Shown: piece after piece, positions 1-13,350 of the stretch
Layout: each line of letters begins with the position of its first letter
Numbering within the stretch: position 1 is the stretch's first letter
Source: Sphyrna mokarran
Lineage: Eukaryota
Assembly: GCA_024679065.1 (NCBI GenBank)
Contig: JAGIQG010000005.1
Location: 92,008,001 to 92,072,000 of the forward strand
Reading direction: 5' to 3'
DNA: 64,000 bases
The notes under the pieces: generated by a model
What the model was told of the DNA's origin: nothing
Databases searched by the model: none
The model's input: only the letters and a program-made list of their open reading frames with translations
Position numbers and translations under genes: made by a program

Positions 1-350
1 CGGGGGAACACAGCAGTCATGGAATGCAGTAGTTGATAATTAGCAGGAGGTTTTCTTACCCATGTTAGATCTAATGCCATGAAACTTCATTGCAGACTCT
101 TAAGGCAACTTACTCCTTACTATATACAACTCTACTGCCACTATCTCTGGTGGATCTATACCGACAGTGGGATACTACAAATGGCAATGGTGGTGTCTGG
201 AGCATTTTAAGATATAATTCAATGAGCATGACTATGTCAGGCTGTTGCTTGACTAATCTGTGGCATAGTTCTCCCAATTTTGGCATAATTAAGCCCCCAG
301 ATGATAGCAAGGGGGACTTTGCAAGGTCACTAAGACTGGGGGTTACCATT
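1..350 (-). mobile_element. CR1/L2-group LINE fragment (APE endonuclease start)
   Basis: ORF 110-361 has PKLGELCHRLVKQQPDIVMLIELYL, an APE N-terminal PD(I/V)xxxE-like motif; the same sequence recurs on + at ~16530-16580. Confidence 0.75.
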
Positions 351-615
351 AATAAAAACAAAATACTGCGAATTCTTCAATAATCCCTATTGTTCCTGTA
401 GCTAACCTTTCCACGTAACTTCTTTGGAGCTACCTCCCCGGTAGTCTCAGACTTTACATTGATAGTTCAAAATTGCCCTGCTATTTTTCGTTGCTAATGC
501 ATTTTGTGTGTTGGCTGCTATTCTATCGATCTGATGCTGGAAAAGCTCAGCATGTCTCTCCACGGATATTGCCAGATATGTTGGGTTTTCCAGCATTTTC
601 TGCTTCAATTTCTGG
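351..615. repeat. Short inverted-repeat element (probably Penelope-derived) interrupted by a 164-bp duplication
   Basis: aaaaacaaaatactgcg ... atgctggaaaagctcagcatgtct (534-557) is imperfectly complementary to agatatgttgggttttccagcat (573-595). Relatives at ~33340-33435, 39592-39740 and 56126-56200. Confidence 0.6.
373..536 (+). repeat. 164-bp direct duplicate of 1944-2107
   Basis: Ungapped alignment from ttcttcaataatccc to tctgatg with about a dozen substitutions. Confidence 0.95.
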
Positions 616-1835
616 GTTTACTGTTGTCACTACCATTGTCGATGCCAATTAGTCTAACAGATTAATTCCTTCTAGACTTTGCAGCAGTTTGTTGGGAAAT
701 TCAGTGGGCATAGAGACAACCATATTCCCTAAGCCTTTGTGTCCTCCCTAAGGTTTGGCACCTCTAGTTACATCCACAAAGGTTTGTCACCCTGACATTA
801 CATGGATTAAATGCATAGATGAAACATGGAATGGTTGTACGCTAAGCAGTCAATAATGAATCACAACTTAGACACAGGTACAACATTCTGTGTACCTCAC
901 TGTTGCTTGTGAGATCTTGTTCTAAGCAAACTGATTATTTCTCTACATTACAAAGCTGACTGTATTTCACAGGTTGTATGTACTTTAGCATATTTCAGAG
1001 CCATAATAAGATGAAATTGCAGGACACAGAACTTATCTTTCCTCTTTTTCTCTCTGGAATTGTCTGGGAAAATAAAATTGGAATGAAACATTCTCCACCC
1101 TTACTGCCAGGATACATCATCAAGAGCTGTCTATAAATGTGGCAAATGTGAGTCAGTAATTGTGGAGTGAAGACCTTGTCCAGATTCTTGGTTCCCAGGA
1201 GCAGCTGCTATCAATTCTGAGCTGATGTATCCATGGTGGGATGATGAGAATGTGTGCCTTTCCACTCCATGTAATTCAATTTAAAGCCACAAGAGATATG
1301 TAGGCTGTGCAGTTTTCACAGATACAATTCCCTACAGACTGCAATTGTTTCCTGTGGACAATATTTAATAAAAAAACAAGATTAAAATTTTCCATTTTTG
1401 GAAAGAGGCAAACATGAGCTGGTGAGGTCATTTTCTCAGTCATTAGAGAAAAAAAGATTAAATGGTCTGAAATATTTATAGCAGATTTCATACAAAACTC
1501 CTTTTTATTTGAGAATTAAATATCCTGAGTTCGGAAGATATTAAGTGAAAAAACATATGCAGCTGTTGATGGTGCTGAAGCATCTTAAAAAAGAACTAGC
1601 TGACGTCACCCTCAAAGAATTGAAGAATTGCTTTCATACCAATTGGACTTATAGATAATAATCATCTGACTTTAAGTAAAAACAGATTTAAGAAAGTCCC
1701 TAGATCTAAATAATTCCCCCTACAATATCGCAATAACACTTCACTAGTTGCTAAAGACTTGTGTTTCACATGAGTGATCGATGCTTTTGGTTTCATAATT
1801 CTTGTGTCAAGTCCATAGAGTTTGCTTCTTCTGAT

Positions 1836-2029
1836 TGTAATATATGTGGGACATAGTCCCTTTAAGAGAATCCTGAGCATAGGGTGACCTACCTGAGAAA
1901 CTGCCGCTGCAGCTACTTGAGAGCTGGAGTGTGAGGAGAACAGTTCTTCAATAATCCCTATTGTTCCTGTGGCTTGCCTTTCCATGTAACTTCTTTGGAG
2001 CTACCTCCTCAGTAGTCTCAGACTTTACA
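1836..2029 (+). mobile_element. Solo LTR (194 bp), Gypsy-like
   Basis: TGTAA...TTACA termini with a 5-bp TSD CTGAT (1831-1835 and 2030-2034). Shares tagtccctttaa with the putative Gypsy LTR at 10837-10848. Confidence 0.8.
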
Positions 2030-4229
2030 CTGATAGTTCAAAATTGCCCTGCTATTTTTCATTGCTAATGCATTTTGTGTGTTGATTGCTATTCTATTAA
2101 TCTGATGGGATATAATTGGTCAGAACCCCTATAAGAAGCCCCAATTCATCTGGACTCTTCAGCTGTCCAAATGCACCTTGCTTGGAGTTACAGTGAAATG
2201 TGTGCTGTGGGTTTTAGCAGTTAAAGGACAACTTTCATATTGTCTGCCATTTCTGGACCAGTAACAACAGCCTGGGTAGACGTATTGCCTCATTAATGCC
2301 AATGAAGAGGCAGGTGCCATCCTGAACATGGCTTATCTCTGGGAACCTCTCTGTCTCTGGTGATATGTGCAAATTAGGACTCTGGAACCACAATTGCCAT
2401 CTTAGGTGGAATTGATCCAAGCTGCAACATGTATACTCTGAGTAATTCCTCACTGGAGTTAGAGGGCTGGCCATAACAAGTCCTTAGTTTTTAAGCTCAT
2501 CAATTTGAGATTTTACTTTGAGCAGAACTTGTTGTCAATTATGTAATCAATTAAGATTGAATACAACCAATATGTGAGTAAATTGCATTTGATTATGGCG
2601 TAAAGTAGCATGATAAGTAGCAAGAACTGGCCCAGATCTGACAGAACAGCTGGCATACACAAATGGGTTTTTCTTTCTTTTTTTTCTCTCTTCTCCTCTT
2701 TGTGCCTCATGTCTTCATGACTTCTCAAATTATCCAACAGTGTGACAGTATGGATCCATCATCAAGAGTTTCTCTCGACCAAGGCCTCCCAAAGTCTCCT
2801 CAGTTATACCTTTTTTTCTTACGTGGAACTAGGTGGATAGGATCTTATTGCTCCATAAAGATTTCCTTTATTCTAAAATGCCTCATAGCATATCGAGCTA
2901 TTTGTTTAAGCCATTGGGGTAGAGCTCTGCCATAATGTTATTCACTTGCCATGAGTTTCTATAGCCAATTGATTATAGAAACAAAAGGGGTAAGACATCA
3001 CTGCCCCATAATTAATAATGACATGGTATCAATATTGCCCAACAAAAATAAACGAGTTGTTTACGAGTTTGTACTTCAGGTCGTCATCAAGTACCAGTAC
3101 TGGTGAAACTGCCAAGGATTTAAGCTTTCAGTGCAAATAACCAACCTCTTCTATTAGGTTGAATAGAATCTAATATTCTTCTCTATTCTCATAGCAACAG
3201 GGCTCAATGTACAGCACAAGCTTCAGAAATTGTACAAATCTAAATGCAACTCACCTTAAGAAAAAAACTACTGCAGATTTTATTTAATTCTTTTAAACAT
3301 GGGAGTTTTGTGCATTCTATCATAGGTTTTACCACTAGTTCACCTGTGCAAAACATAGGACACATTTATATTGCATCCAAGGGTTGACTACAGTTAGGGT
3401 GTCAACTGAGAATTCTGTCTGTGGCAAGGAAAAAGTGTCCACACTTCTGGAATATGATTTACCTGAAAGGACTTTGATTGCAGTATCTTGTCTCATGAGT
3501 GTCTGGATTTTATCACCTGGCACTACTATTCGCTTTGAATATTGTCTTTTAGGATTGCACACATCACACATTCCACTCTAAATTATGTTGTTGTTATCCT
3601 ATTTTAACAGTTTGTTTCATAATCTTTTGTCTGCAGATCTCTGGTCAAAAACCTCACCTTATTCAATGCGTAACATTTTCTTTCAATTTCTTGCCTAAAA
3701 TCTATTAAATAGTTGCAGTTAATTTGAGAATATTTACTGTTATGTTCTGAGTATTGCAATGTTTTATGCATAATTTATGTGGTCCACAGATCAGTTACCT
3801 GGAAATTCACATTTGCAGCACAGAAAGTAGGTTTCCTGCTAAGCAATATCTAATATCTACAATGCTTTGTAATAATGTTGTTGGAAAAGTTTAAACAGTG
3901 TGATCTTTCTACTGAAACGTCCCCATGAAAGTCAAACTTTGCAAGGTCTTCAAAAGTAGCACTTTTGAAAGCATTGGGCCAGATTTCATTCAGGGCAGCT
4001 GTTCATGAGACTTTTTATCCAAGTTCTTCTATGGGATTTTCCACTGGAACGTTTGGAAATTAGAAACAAACATTATGCTCTTCATCTTTTAATCTAATTC
4101 TATCCTTAATTTTCTTGCTGAATTTGTTTTTTAATGGACATATTTTGCTGAACATTCTGAATTTCTGTAAATGTTTCCTACTGTTTACTTACCGCCATAT
4201 ATTATAGTCTATTTACCCAATCAACCTTA

Positions 4230-6460
4230 GTTTGTTCTTCCTTGATACCTATATAATTGGCTATGTTTAAGTTTAAGATTCTTGTTTGTGATTGGAGTAT
4301 GACACTCTCAGACTTTAATATGGAATTCACTGATATTATGATCACTATTTCCCAATGGATTTTTACCATGACACTATTAATTTATCCTGCCTCACTTCAT
4401 AGCATTTTATCAAAGATAGATTTAGCTCTAATTGATTCCACAATGTATTGTTCTAGAAAACTATCACAAGAACGCTCTATAAACTCATCTTCTGGACTAT
4501 TGTTGCTAATTTGGTTCTTCTAGGTTATATAAAGATTAAAATCACATATGATTATTACATTGCCTTTGTTAAAAGCTTGATTAATTTCTTCTTTAAAGTT
4601 TTGTACAATGGCATAACTACTATACTGTGGTGGCACGGTGGTATAATGGTTAGTGCTGCTGCCTCATAACGCCAGGGACCTGGGTTCAATTCTGGACTCA
4701 GGCCTCTGTCTGCACTATCCGTTGCACACGTTCTCCCTGTATCTGCTCCAGTTTCCTCGCACAATCCAAAGATGAGTAGGTTAGGCTGATTAGCCATGCT
4801 AAATTTCCTTTCAGTGTAAGGGGGTTTAGTAAGGTAAATGTAAGGGTTACGGGGATAGGGCCTGGATGGGATTGTTATTGGTGCAGGCTTGATGGGCCAA
4901 ATAGCCTTCTTCTGCACTGTTTAGGATTCTATGTTCTACTCTATGTACTATTAGGGGGCTTATAAACTACTCTCACTGGCATTTTTTGTCTCTTACTCCT
5001 AATTTCTACTCATATTGAGTCTACTTCATGATTTTCTGTGGCTAAATCCTCTCTCACTAATGTCCTTACATCATCCTTACAATCAGGAGTGCCCTTCCAC
5101 TTTGCCATTCTGTCTGTCTTTCAAAAAAATTGTATAGCTTGGAATATTTATTGCCCAATATTGATCTCTTTGCAACCATGTCTCTGAAATGGGAATAAAT
5201 CTAAACCATATATCGTTATTTAAAGCTCATCTATCTTATTGCTGATGCCTCATGGATTCAGATAAAACGTCTTCAGATTTGTGTTTTTATTAGTATTCCT
5301 TGCATTGTTTTATGCACAATTAAATGTTAAAATCTCAGTCCCTTCCTGTATGATTCTACTTTCCCCACATAACTACCCTGTTACCCCTATCTTTTGGTTA
5401 AGATTTCTAAATCTCCCTGCACCTGAACTCTTCCCCATTATGTTACTTTAGAGCCCCATTCACAGCCCTAGTTATACAGATTCACCAGGACACTTGTTCC
5501 CACCTGGTGTAATTGGATCCCATTGCAAGAGAATAGCTCCCGCTTCCCAAGTATCAATGCCCCATGATACAAAACCCATTCTTCCTACACTACCCTTTGA
5601 GCCACACATTTAACTTTCTAACTATTTTACCCTATGCCATATGGCATATGATTCAGATAACAATTCAGAGATAGTGGGTGGGAAATTATGGCCTTGATCA
5701 AGCAAGACCAGAAATTCCTGCCCAACGTCAATGGATATTTCCATTGCTTGTTCCGATTCTGTGGCAGGCGAGGCAATATAATTCCATCATCTGGCATAGG
5801 AGCATGGGAAAATTCTTTCACCTTGAGTGGATTTTATGGTTTTGGGACAAGAGAAGCTATAAAATCCTACCCAATTACTTTCAATATTCTTCATTTTAAT
5901 TTAGACCTTATCTCCTCAAATTCTCTTAGCAGAACATTATTCCTAGTTTTACCTATGCCCATTGATATCCGCGTGGACCACTGCAATTAGTTCCTCCAAT
6001 TTTTTCTCTAGCTTCAAGCAGGTAGCCTTAATCCTGGCATGAAGGAGGCAACATATTCTTTAGAACTCCTGGTTGTGGCTGCACAGAATAGTATCTGTCC
6101 CCTAACATACTGTCTATCACAACCACATTACTTCTCACTACTATAATTGAATGACATCCAGCATCATGGTGCGACGGCCAGTTCATTCATCCATCCTGCG
6201 GTCCTTCTCTCCATCCACAAGGTAGCAAGCTACCTTTTATCAGTTAGATAAAGTTAGAGGTTGAGCTTCATCCATCACGACATGCTAGTTCCCCATATCT
6301 GCCTGACTCTCAGTCACACTTCCTGTCCCTGACCACTGACCAACTCTAAAATTCCGCCTGATGTGACTGCCTCTTGGAACTAATTATCTAGGTCACTTTT
6401 CTTTCCCCTGTTTCCCCACAACGTCTATGGCTCAGACTCCAGCTCATCAAATCTGAATCT
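4230..6460 (-). mobile_element. Decayed CR1 LINE 5'/middle fragments interrupted by a SINE and other insertions
   Basis: Reverse-strand similarity to the CR1 ORF1/ORF2 sequence at 26490-27500 (e.g. aaccatgtctctg vs acagagacatggct). No intact ORF. Confidence 0.55.
4629..4945 (+). mobile_element. HE1-type tRNA-derived V-SINE
   Basis: A-box-like tggttagtgctgctgcctca, B-box gggttcaattc, core ttgcacacgttctccc, CR1-like tail tgcaggcttgatgggccaaatagccttcttctgcactgt. Confidence 0.9.
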
Positions 6461-7099
6461 TTCAAGAGATTCATTACTGAAACTCATAGAATGGTGTACT
6501 TATATGATATGTGCACATTAAATATACCAATAAAAATTAGGGCTTGTCCATTCCATGTAAGTAAATATCTAATGATATGATAACTTAATTATTGCCAAAC
6601 TGCCTCTTTGGCACAAAAGTAATATTTAGAAATTCAAATTTCAATTGTTTTTGGTGGTTTTAATTTTTTTTAATATATTTTTCTGTTTTTCATCTTTCCC
6701 TTATTCCCGTTTTTTAAAAATCTTTTTAATTCACTTTCAGTATTTGATTTGAATAGTCTAACTTACACTTCCTGGTTCACATACTGCATTATTCATTAAC
6801 GATTTTGATGAGATTTATAGTTGCATGGCCTGTTCACACCAGTCTCAGATCCCCAGCACCAGGATGCCGAGCTAAAATGGCTTTGCAGATGCGGAAAGAT
6901 TTATTGCAAAAACCCACAGAAATTCTCTAGACAAATATAATGAAAGGTTGGTGCCACTTTTTCACCAATGATTGTAAATTTGGAGCCCCAATGTTTTTAA
7001 ACAAATTTGTATTCAAAGTGACTAGGTTGAATGATTGTTAGCAACAAATAATTTAAAGGCATCTTTGTTATAATAGTTTCTACTATTATAGTCAATGAG

Positions 7100-8020
7100 C
7101 CTTTGATTCAATTAATCTTCCTACCCATGTAAGCTTTGAATACTCATCTTTCTACAGTCCCTTCCCCACCTCTCCATGTAACGTCTTCAAGCCCATCTAA
7201 TTCATGGGATCCTGACCCTGTTATATTGATTTCTCCAAATATTTATTCTGGTCTCTTTATTGTCTAGATGCTGTCCCTCAACAGTGCCATCTGTGGCCAC
7301 AGTTTTGGCTTTTACATTTATGCTGCGATACCCAGTATTACCTTTCTCTCACCTCCCTTCATCACTCAATGCCTGTATATTTTCCAATCATCAGATTTTA
7401 ATTCTCCCTCCAGTACAACATCAGGAAGACTGTCTCAAAATTTTTAACACATCTAAAATTCTGCATTCTTGACTCAGGACTCCAACATTTTCCTGACCAC
7501 TTTCTTAGGAAAATCCTACCTATTAGAAGTTTGGTTCCTATAATCCTTTAATCACCAATATTCTATCCATCAGTGGGTCCACTTACTCTTACTGCCACAA
7601 GATTTCTCTGCCCTGCTCTTAGTGAAAATCTGAAACTTGCCTTTGTCACCATGCACTGGTTCCCATTCACTGAACATATTGTAAAATCTTTATCCTCATC
7701 TTTAAATCTCTGCATCAGTTCTTTCTATTCTGTTTCTAGCTCCTCCACCTCTATAACCCCTCCTGAAAACTATCCCTCCCATTTTGGCCTTCTATTGTTT
7801 CCGCCTCCCTTTGCCCAACTGTTGGTGACAGAACTTTCAACTGCCTTCATCCTATTCTCTGGGCATCTTTCCCGAAACTGGTTCAACTTAATAACCCCCA
7901 CAAAACCATTTCTGATTAAGGTCACTCCTCTGAATCTCTCCCTTCCTGACTTGACATTAATTTTCTTTCACTCATTGATAAAGAAGCTGGGGAGATTTTT
8001 ATCACATTAATGGTAGCCTG
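7100..8020 (+). mobile_element. Highly decayed L2-like LINE fragments
   Basis: Pyrimidine-rich degenerate sequence resembling an L2 3' region; no ORF. Confidence 0.35.
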
Positions 8021-8202
8021 TAATTGCAAGTTGATGGTTTTGAGTATATTGGTACATATATAGTGAAAGCCATTGAAAAGATTTCTTTTATGCTATCGTT
8101 TGTTGGTGCACATCCATCTGTTTGTTTTTTGTTTCTGAGGTCTCAGAGCACAGAAATTACCTGAAACTATTTTTCTGCATCGCTATCATTGCCATTATAA
8201 TA

Positions 8203-8330
8203 AAGAACAAAGAAAATTACAGCACAGGAACAGGCTCTTTGGCCCTACAAACCTAAACTGACCATGCTGCTCATCTGAACTAAAACCCCTTAAAAGAGCA
8301 AAGAAAATTACAGTGCAGAAACGGGCCTTC
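8203..8330 (-). repeat. Two tandem CR1 3'-tail stubs
   Basis: aagaacaaagaaaattacagcacaggaacagg and aagagcaaagaaaattacagtgcagaaacggg about 90 bp apart. Confidence 0.55.
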
Positions 8331-9230
8331 TTCTCAGATTATACAGCACTTTGCATTTGCAGCTAGGTGCTATTTCTTTCAGGTTTCATTTTAAATAAGT
8401 GGTGTTGCAGATCATGATTCTGTGTCCCAGATCTATCCATGTTGCAATGATTCAAGACAAGACCTTGAATAAAGCCTCCTTTGTTGCTTTATCGCTGTGG
8501 ACACATTTCCAAATGCATAGTTACGCTTGATTTAGTGATGTACTGTTTTTGAAAAACTAGGGTTCAAGTTTGGACAATAGTTGCATTATTTTGCTGGCGG
8601 GTTGCTGACTGAGTTAAATCAGGATCTTGATCAGATGGTTTGGGTCTGACTGGATTTTTAAAGCCTCTGTGTCTAACCAAAGTCATGTGTGATTTAATTA
8701 TAGAAAATCTCGAGACAGAATACTTTCCTGGCGGCTCTTTGTTCTATCAAAAATGGGAAGCACTCAGGAGGAGCTGGAAATCCATGAACATCAACAACAG
8801 TTCGAACACAGGCACTGGAGTCTGCAGGATGAAGTGAAAGATCAGCCCATTTGGGTGGGGCTGGTAAGTCCCTTTATGTCTGCTGGGCATCCAATCCATG
8901 CTGCCAGACTCTGCCTCCTATGGCCCAGTGTAAGGAAACTGGTATGGAAATTGAAAGTTACTTTTGCTGGTTGGAATACCTTTTCCGACTCTGTCTATTA
9001 GCCTCCAGTAATACTGTGGGTTCTTTGTGAGCAAGCAAAGCAAGAACTCTTAGCATATGGGAACCAAGCTACTCACCAGCTCCCCTTGCCAATGACTGCT
9101 CTTTTAAATAATGGGATAGGAGCTTGAGCTTTACAGGACCAAGCAAGATTTTCAAATAAAGGAAGACATAATTAAGTATGTCCGATTCCCGTGCTTTTAT
9201 GAAATTCTGTGGCAGAAGAGCCCCACATTT

Positions 9231-9543
9231 GGGTGGTACAGTGGCTCAGTATTAGTACTGCTGCCTCACAGCACCAGGGACCCAGGTTCAATTCTGGCCT
9301 TAGGTCACTGTCTGTGTGGAGTTTGCACGTTCTCCCCAAGTCTGCCTGGATTTTCTCTGGGTCCTCTGGTTTCCTCCCAACTCTAAAGATGTGCAGGTTA
9401 GATTGATTGGCCATGTAAAATGTCAGAGGGATTAGCAGAGTAAATGTGTGGGGTTATGAGAATAAGGCCTGGGTGACATTTGTGATTTCTACAGACTTGA
9501 TGGGCCAAATGGCCTCTTCCTGCACTGTCAGGATTCTGTGATT
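9231..9543 (+). mobile_element. HE1-type SINE
   Basis: Same head, core and tail as the other copies. Confidence 0.9.
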
Positions 9544-10827
9544 CATTTCACTCAGCAGCTTGCAATCCCTCCTCAGCAGTACCCCACCTCCATTTCTTTC
9601 ATCTAGCACTTCTTCCTCCAGACACCCTCCTTCAATCCCTTTGCCCCACAACTGTACCACGAACCTGATCTCTCCTCCTGAAGTACTAAATACAGTAGCT
9701 GGATAACTTTGAGGTGGGAAGATTCTCTTGGGTAGGAGGAAAATGTTTAAATCACATTTGATTTTCTTGTTTCTTCAGGATTGCCCTAAAATACCACCGA
9801 TCCTCTAGCCTACCATTCATATTTTCGGGATCCTCCCTATTTGTACAACTGACGGAACAGGCATAGTAAGATGGCTGAATGAGCAGATATGTACTCTTCC
9901 ACCTCCCTCGCTTTGTTACAATGACCTTGGGAACTTAGCCCAATTCTAGGGTATTGGAGGGGAGGTAGACTCCCAATGCAACCCATCTCGCTCTTCAATT
10001 CTTTTTTTACTGTGAACTGAATTTGCTTTTTAACCAACAATGAAGTTCTGAAGTCTTGTGGCTGATTAAAATTAATTGCAAATAATGGCGCTGGAATTAG
10101 AAGTAACCCTCAAAGTATTTTTAAATATATGTCGACAAAAATAAAGAATATTCACATATATAAATGATAGCTTCCTAAAGCTCCAAGCACATTTCAAACT
10201 ATTGTAAAACGATCACACACACATCTTCTTTTATCTTACTTCCATGGTGTCTACATCAGCTTAAAAGCTATTTAAAATGTAAAATTAAAATGCAGCCACT
10301 CAAGAGTTCCGCAAAGCTATTATTCAAAATGTACAATTCCCAGTAAAATTACAGATGGCAGGTATTCAAGTCAGTAATCAGACAAGCTTTAAATGAATTT
10401 GGGACAATAAAAAGATTGCAACATGTCTCATTAAACAGTCAAAAGATGTAAGAACCAGTGCACTAATTACCAGTATGGGTAAAGAAGGACTGAAAATATG
10501 TCACAGTCTTCAGTTTGAGACAGCCAAAGACAAGACTTATATAAAAAGTTATTTTTAGTGAGATGGAACAAACTTGCGTCGGAAAAACTAATAAAAAAGT
10601 ATGAGCATTATACGTTTCAATAATTGGAACCAGCATCCTGATAAAACTACAGTGCGTAGGAAATCTCTGCACCTTAGCAGGAACACGTAATTATGACATT
10701 TGGATGAAAGCCCAATGAGAGACAAAATAGTCGTTAGGATTCAGAACAAGAATACCAGAAGAGTGTTTTTAAAAAACTACGATCAAGACTGTCCCTGCAA
10801 AATCTGATCTGACATATATAAAGCCAG

Positions 10828-13350
10828 TGTAGTAACTAGTCCCTTTAAAGGGATGTACATCAAGAGGGTCATACAACCCAATCGTCCAATGGTAGACCAG
10901 CACAGGGATCTCGGTGCAGAACCTGAGCTTTTGCATCCAGAATAGATCCCAGAGCTGAAAGTGTTAAATTGTGAAAGTACTCTGTATATTTTATTCACTT
11001 GTACATAAATTATTATAGTTTGTTACACCAACTGTCACAATCCTTGCAATTATGACATTGGCAACTAAATCAATTAGAAGTTTGCAGTGAGGGGTTCAAA
11101 GAGAAGGTAGATTTTGATGTGGTAAGTGTGTAGATTCAGAGGACCAGATTTTCAAAAGATGTAATTAAGCATCACCAGATCCAGCACTTTTATGAAATTC
11201 TGCACACCCATCTTTCACAGACTAGAGGATTGGTGGTATCTCAGAACAATCCTGAAGAATCAGATAAACCAGTCACTGAACAGAGTGCTTTAGGTATAAA
11301 ATGTCATTTAAGGCACAAATGTAAAAGCAAGCAGGGCCAGTCCATAATACAGAGAATAAATAATTCAGCCCGGTGCATAGTATGGAGGATTGTCCAGTGG
11401 GGGGATAAAATGTTATGTTGTGAAATAATATGAAAGTTGGCAAGTTATCCCCCATCACAGTGGTGTTGATAGTGAATGGCTAGTCAGTGAAGATGGAGGG
11501 ACATCAGCTATTGTTGTGAACAAAGGAATCTACTGGTATTTAAAGAGTTCAACCTCTGAAATTGTTGGACATCACAACAAGACTAGTTTAGTATTCCAGA
11601 GAAGCTATAAACACAGCTACAACTACAACCCCTATGAGTTACAGACAGCTACCACTGGTGGTGGTATCAGACCAAGAACTGAGTTTAGTGGGCATGGTTG
11701 ACTCCAGGAGATTAAGTTGAACTGCCTGAAGATCTTTAAGATAAAAGAAGAGGGCCTGCACGAGATCATTAGGAAGTACCAAGTAATATTTCAAGAGAAA
11801 CTTGGAAGGTTAAAGGATTGCAAGCTGGGATTCATGTAGCTAGGGAAGATACATCAAGATTTTTTAGAACAAGATCTGTGTCTTATGCATTAATAGAAAA
11901 CGTTGAGACAGGACTGGAATGAAGAGAAAACTTGGGCATAATCAAGCCCGTTCAATTTGCAGTGAGTTGCACCCATTGTGCATGTAGTTAAACCAGATAA
12001 GACTATTTGTATCTACATGCACTATAGACTGATGGTGAACCAGGTTGCAAAACTGGATAAGTATCTCATCTCCAAAATAGAAAATCTGTGTGGATTTGAC
12101 TGGGGGTTTGACAAAGGAAGGATACCAAAGGAAGGATATGAAGGATACTAAATTGGATATGAGACATGCTTACCCTACAGGTAGAAGTGGACAATACATC
12201 AAGAGCTCATGTCACCATAAATCCACATAAAGAGTTGCATTAATATACATGTCTACCTTTTAGGGTTTTGTCAACTCGTGCCATCTTTCAGTGAACTATG
12301 GAGAGTTTGATGTAGGGATTGTGTTGTTCTTTATTTGGATACTATCTAATAAGAGGGTTCAGTGAAAAGGAACATTTGTCAAATATTGTCTAAGTTTTCA
12401 GTAGATTCCAAAAGACAGGAGTGTGATTAAATAGAGAAAAGTGCACTTTCCAGCAGATGAGGAGGCTTACCTTGGTTATCGAGGGGCTATACCCAACGGA
12501 GGACACAGTGTAAGCAAATAAAGAGGTACCGGTTCCTAAGAACACCTTAGAATTCAGATTCTTCCTTCAGATGGTCAATTATTATGGGCAGTTCCTTCCA
12601 AACCTATCAACATTACTCGCACCATTAAAATACCAAAGCTGGTGTTGGAAAACACCACAAAAAAAGAATTTAAACAAAGTTAAGTTAGCACTTCAGTCAA
12701 CATATGTATTAGCGCATCTTGACCCTTCTAAGAAAATAATACTTACATACAATGCATCGCCATATGGATTGGGGCTATGTTATCCCACACCATGGATGAC
12801 AGGTCTGAGAGACCCATCGCATAAGCTTCAGAAACCTGTTCGGGTGTGGAAAGACGATATAACCAGATAGAAAAAGAAGGCTTAGCTGTTGTCATTAGCA
12901 TCAAGAAGTTTCATCAATACATTTATGGAAAAAAATCATCACAGACCATCAGCCAGTTTTAGTACTTTTCAAGGTGGACAAGGCGATTTAACCAATTGCT
13001 TCTGTTAGAATCCAGTGATGGGAACTGTTCTTGTCAGATTATGAATATACCTTCTAACGTCAGCCAGAGACTCACATAGCCAATGTAAAATCCTTAAATC
13101 ATCCCCTGTTACCAGAAAGAACACCACCTTCTCAGGTCCTCTAGAGATTGCAATGGCTTTAAACTTTCTGGACTTTTTACCGTAACTGCACAGTAAATTG
13201 CATACTGGACTAATAGAAATTCACTGTTACCAAAGATTAAAAATATATCACTGCATAAATGGTATGTTCCTTCTGGCCTAGAGACAATGTGCTAAGAGGA
13301 TCCAGGGTCTCAACTGGTTCAGGTGAATGGCAAAAACACATTAGGTATCA
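10828..13350 (+). mobile_element. Decayed Ty3/Gypsy LTR retrotransposon (putative 5' LTR, PBS-like tggcaac ~11060, RT and RNase H remnants)
   Basis: MVNYYGQFLPNLSTLLAPL...VLAHLDPSKKIILTYNASPYGLG, followed by YNQIEKEGLAVV/KKFHQYIYG/TDHQP-like RNase H motifs. Many stops and frameshifts. Confidence 0.85.

Noticed and set aside
4629-4720. tRNA-like A/B boxes at SINE heads as tRNA genes
   Set aside because: They continue into SINE core and tail and lack a complete cloverleaf.
11230-13350. Domesticated Gypsy-derived gene
   Set aside because: Many stops and frameshifts; no long ORF.
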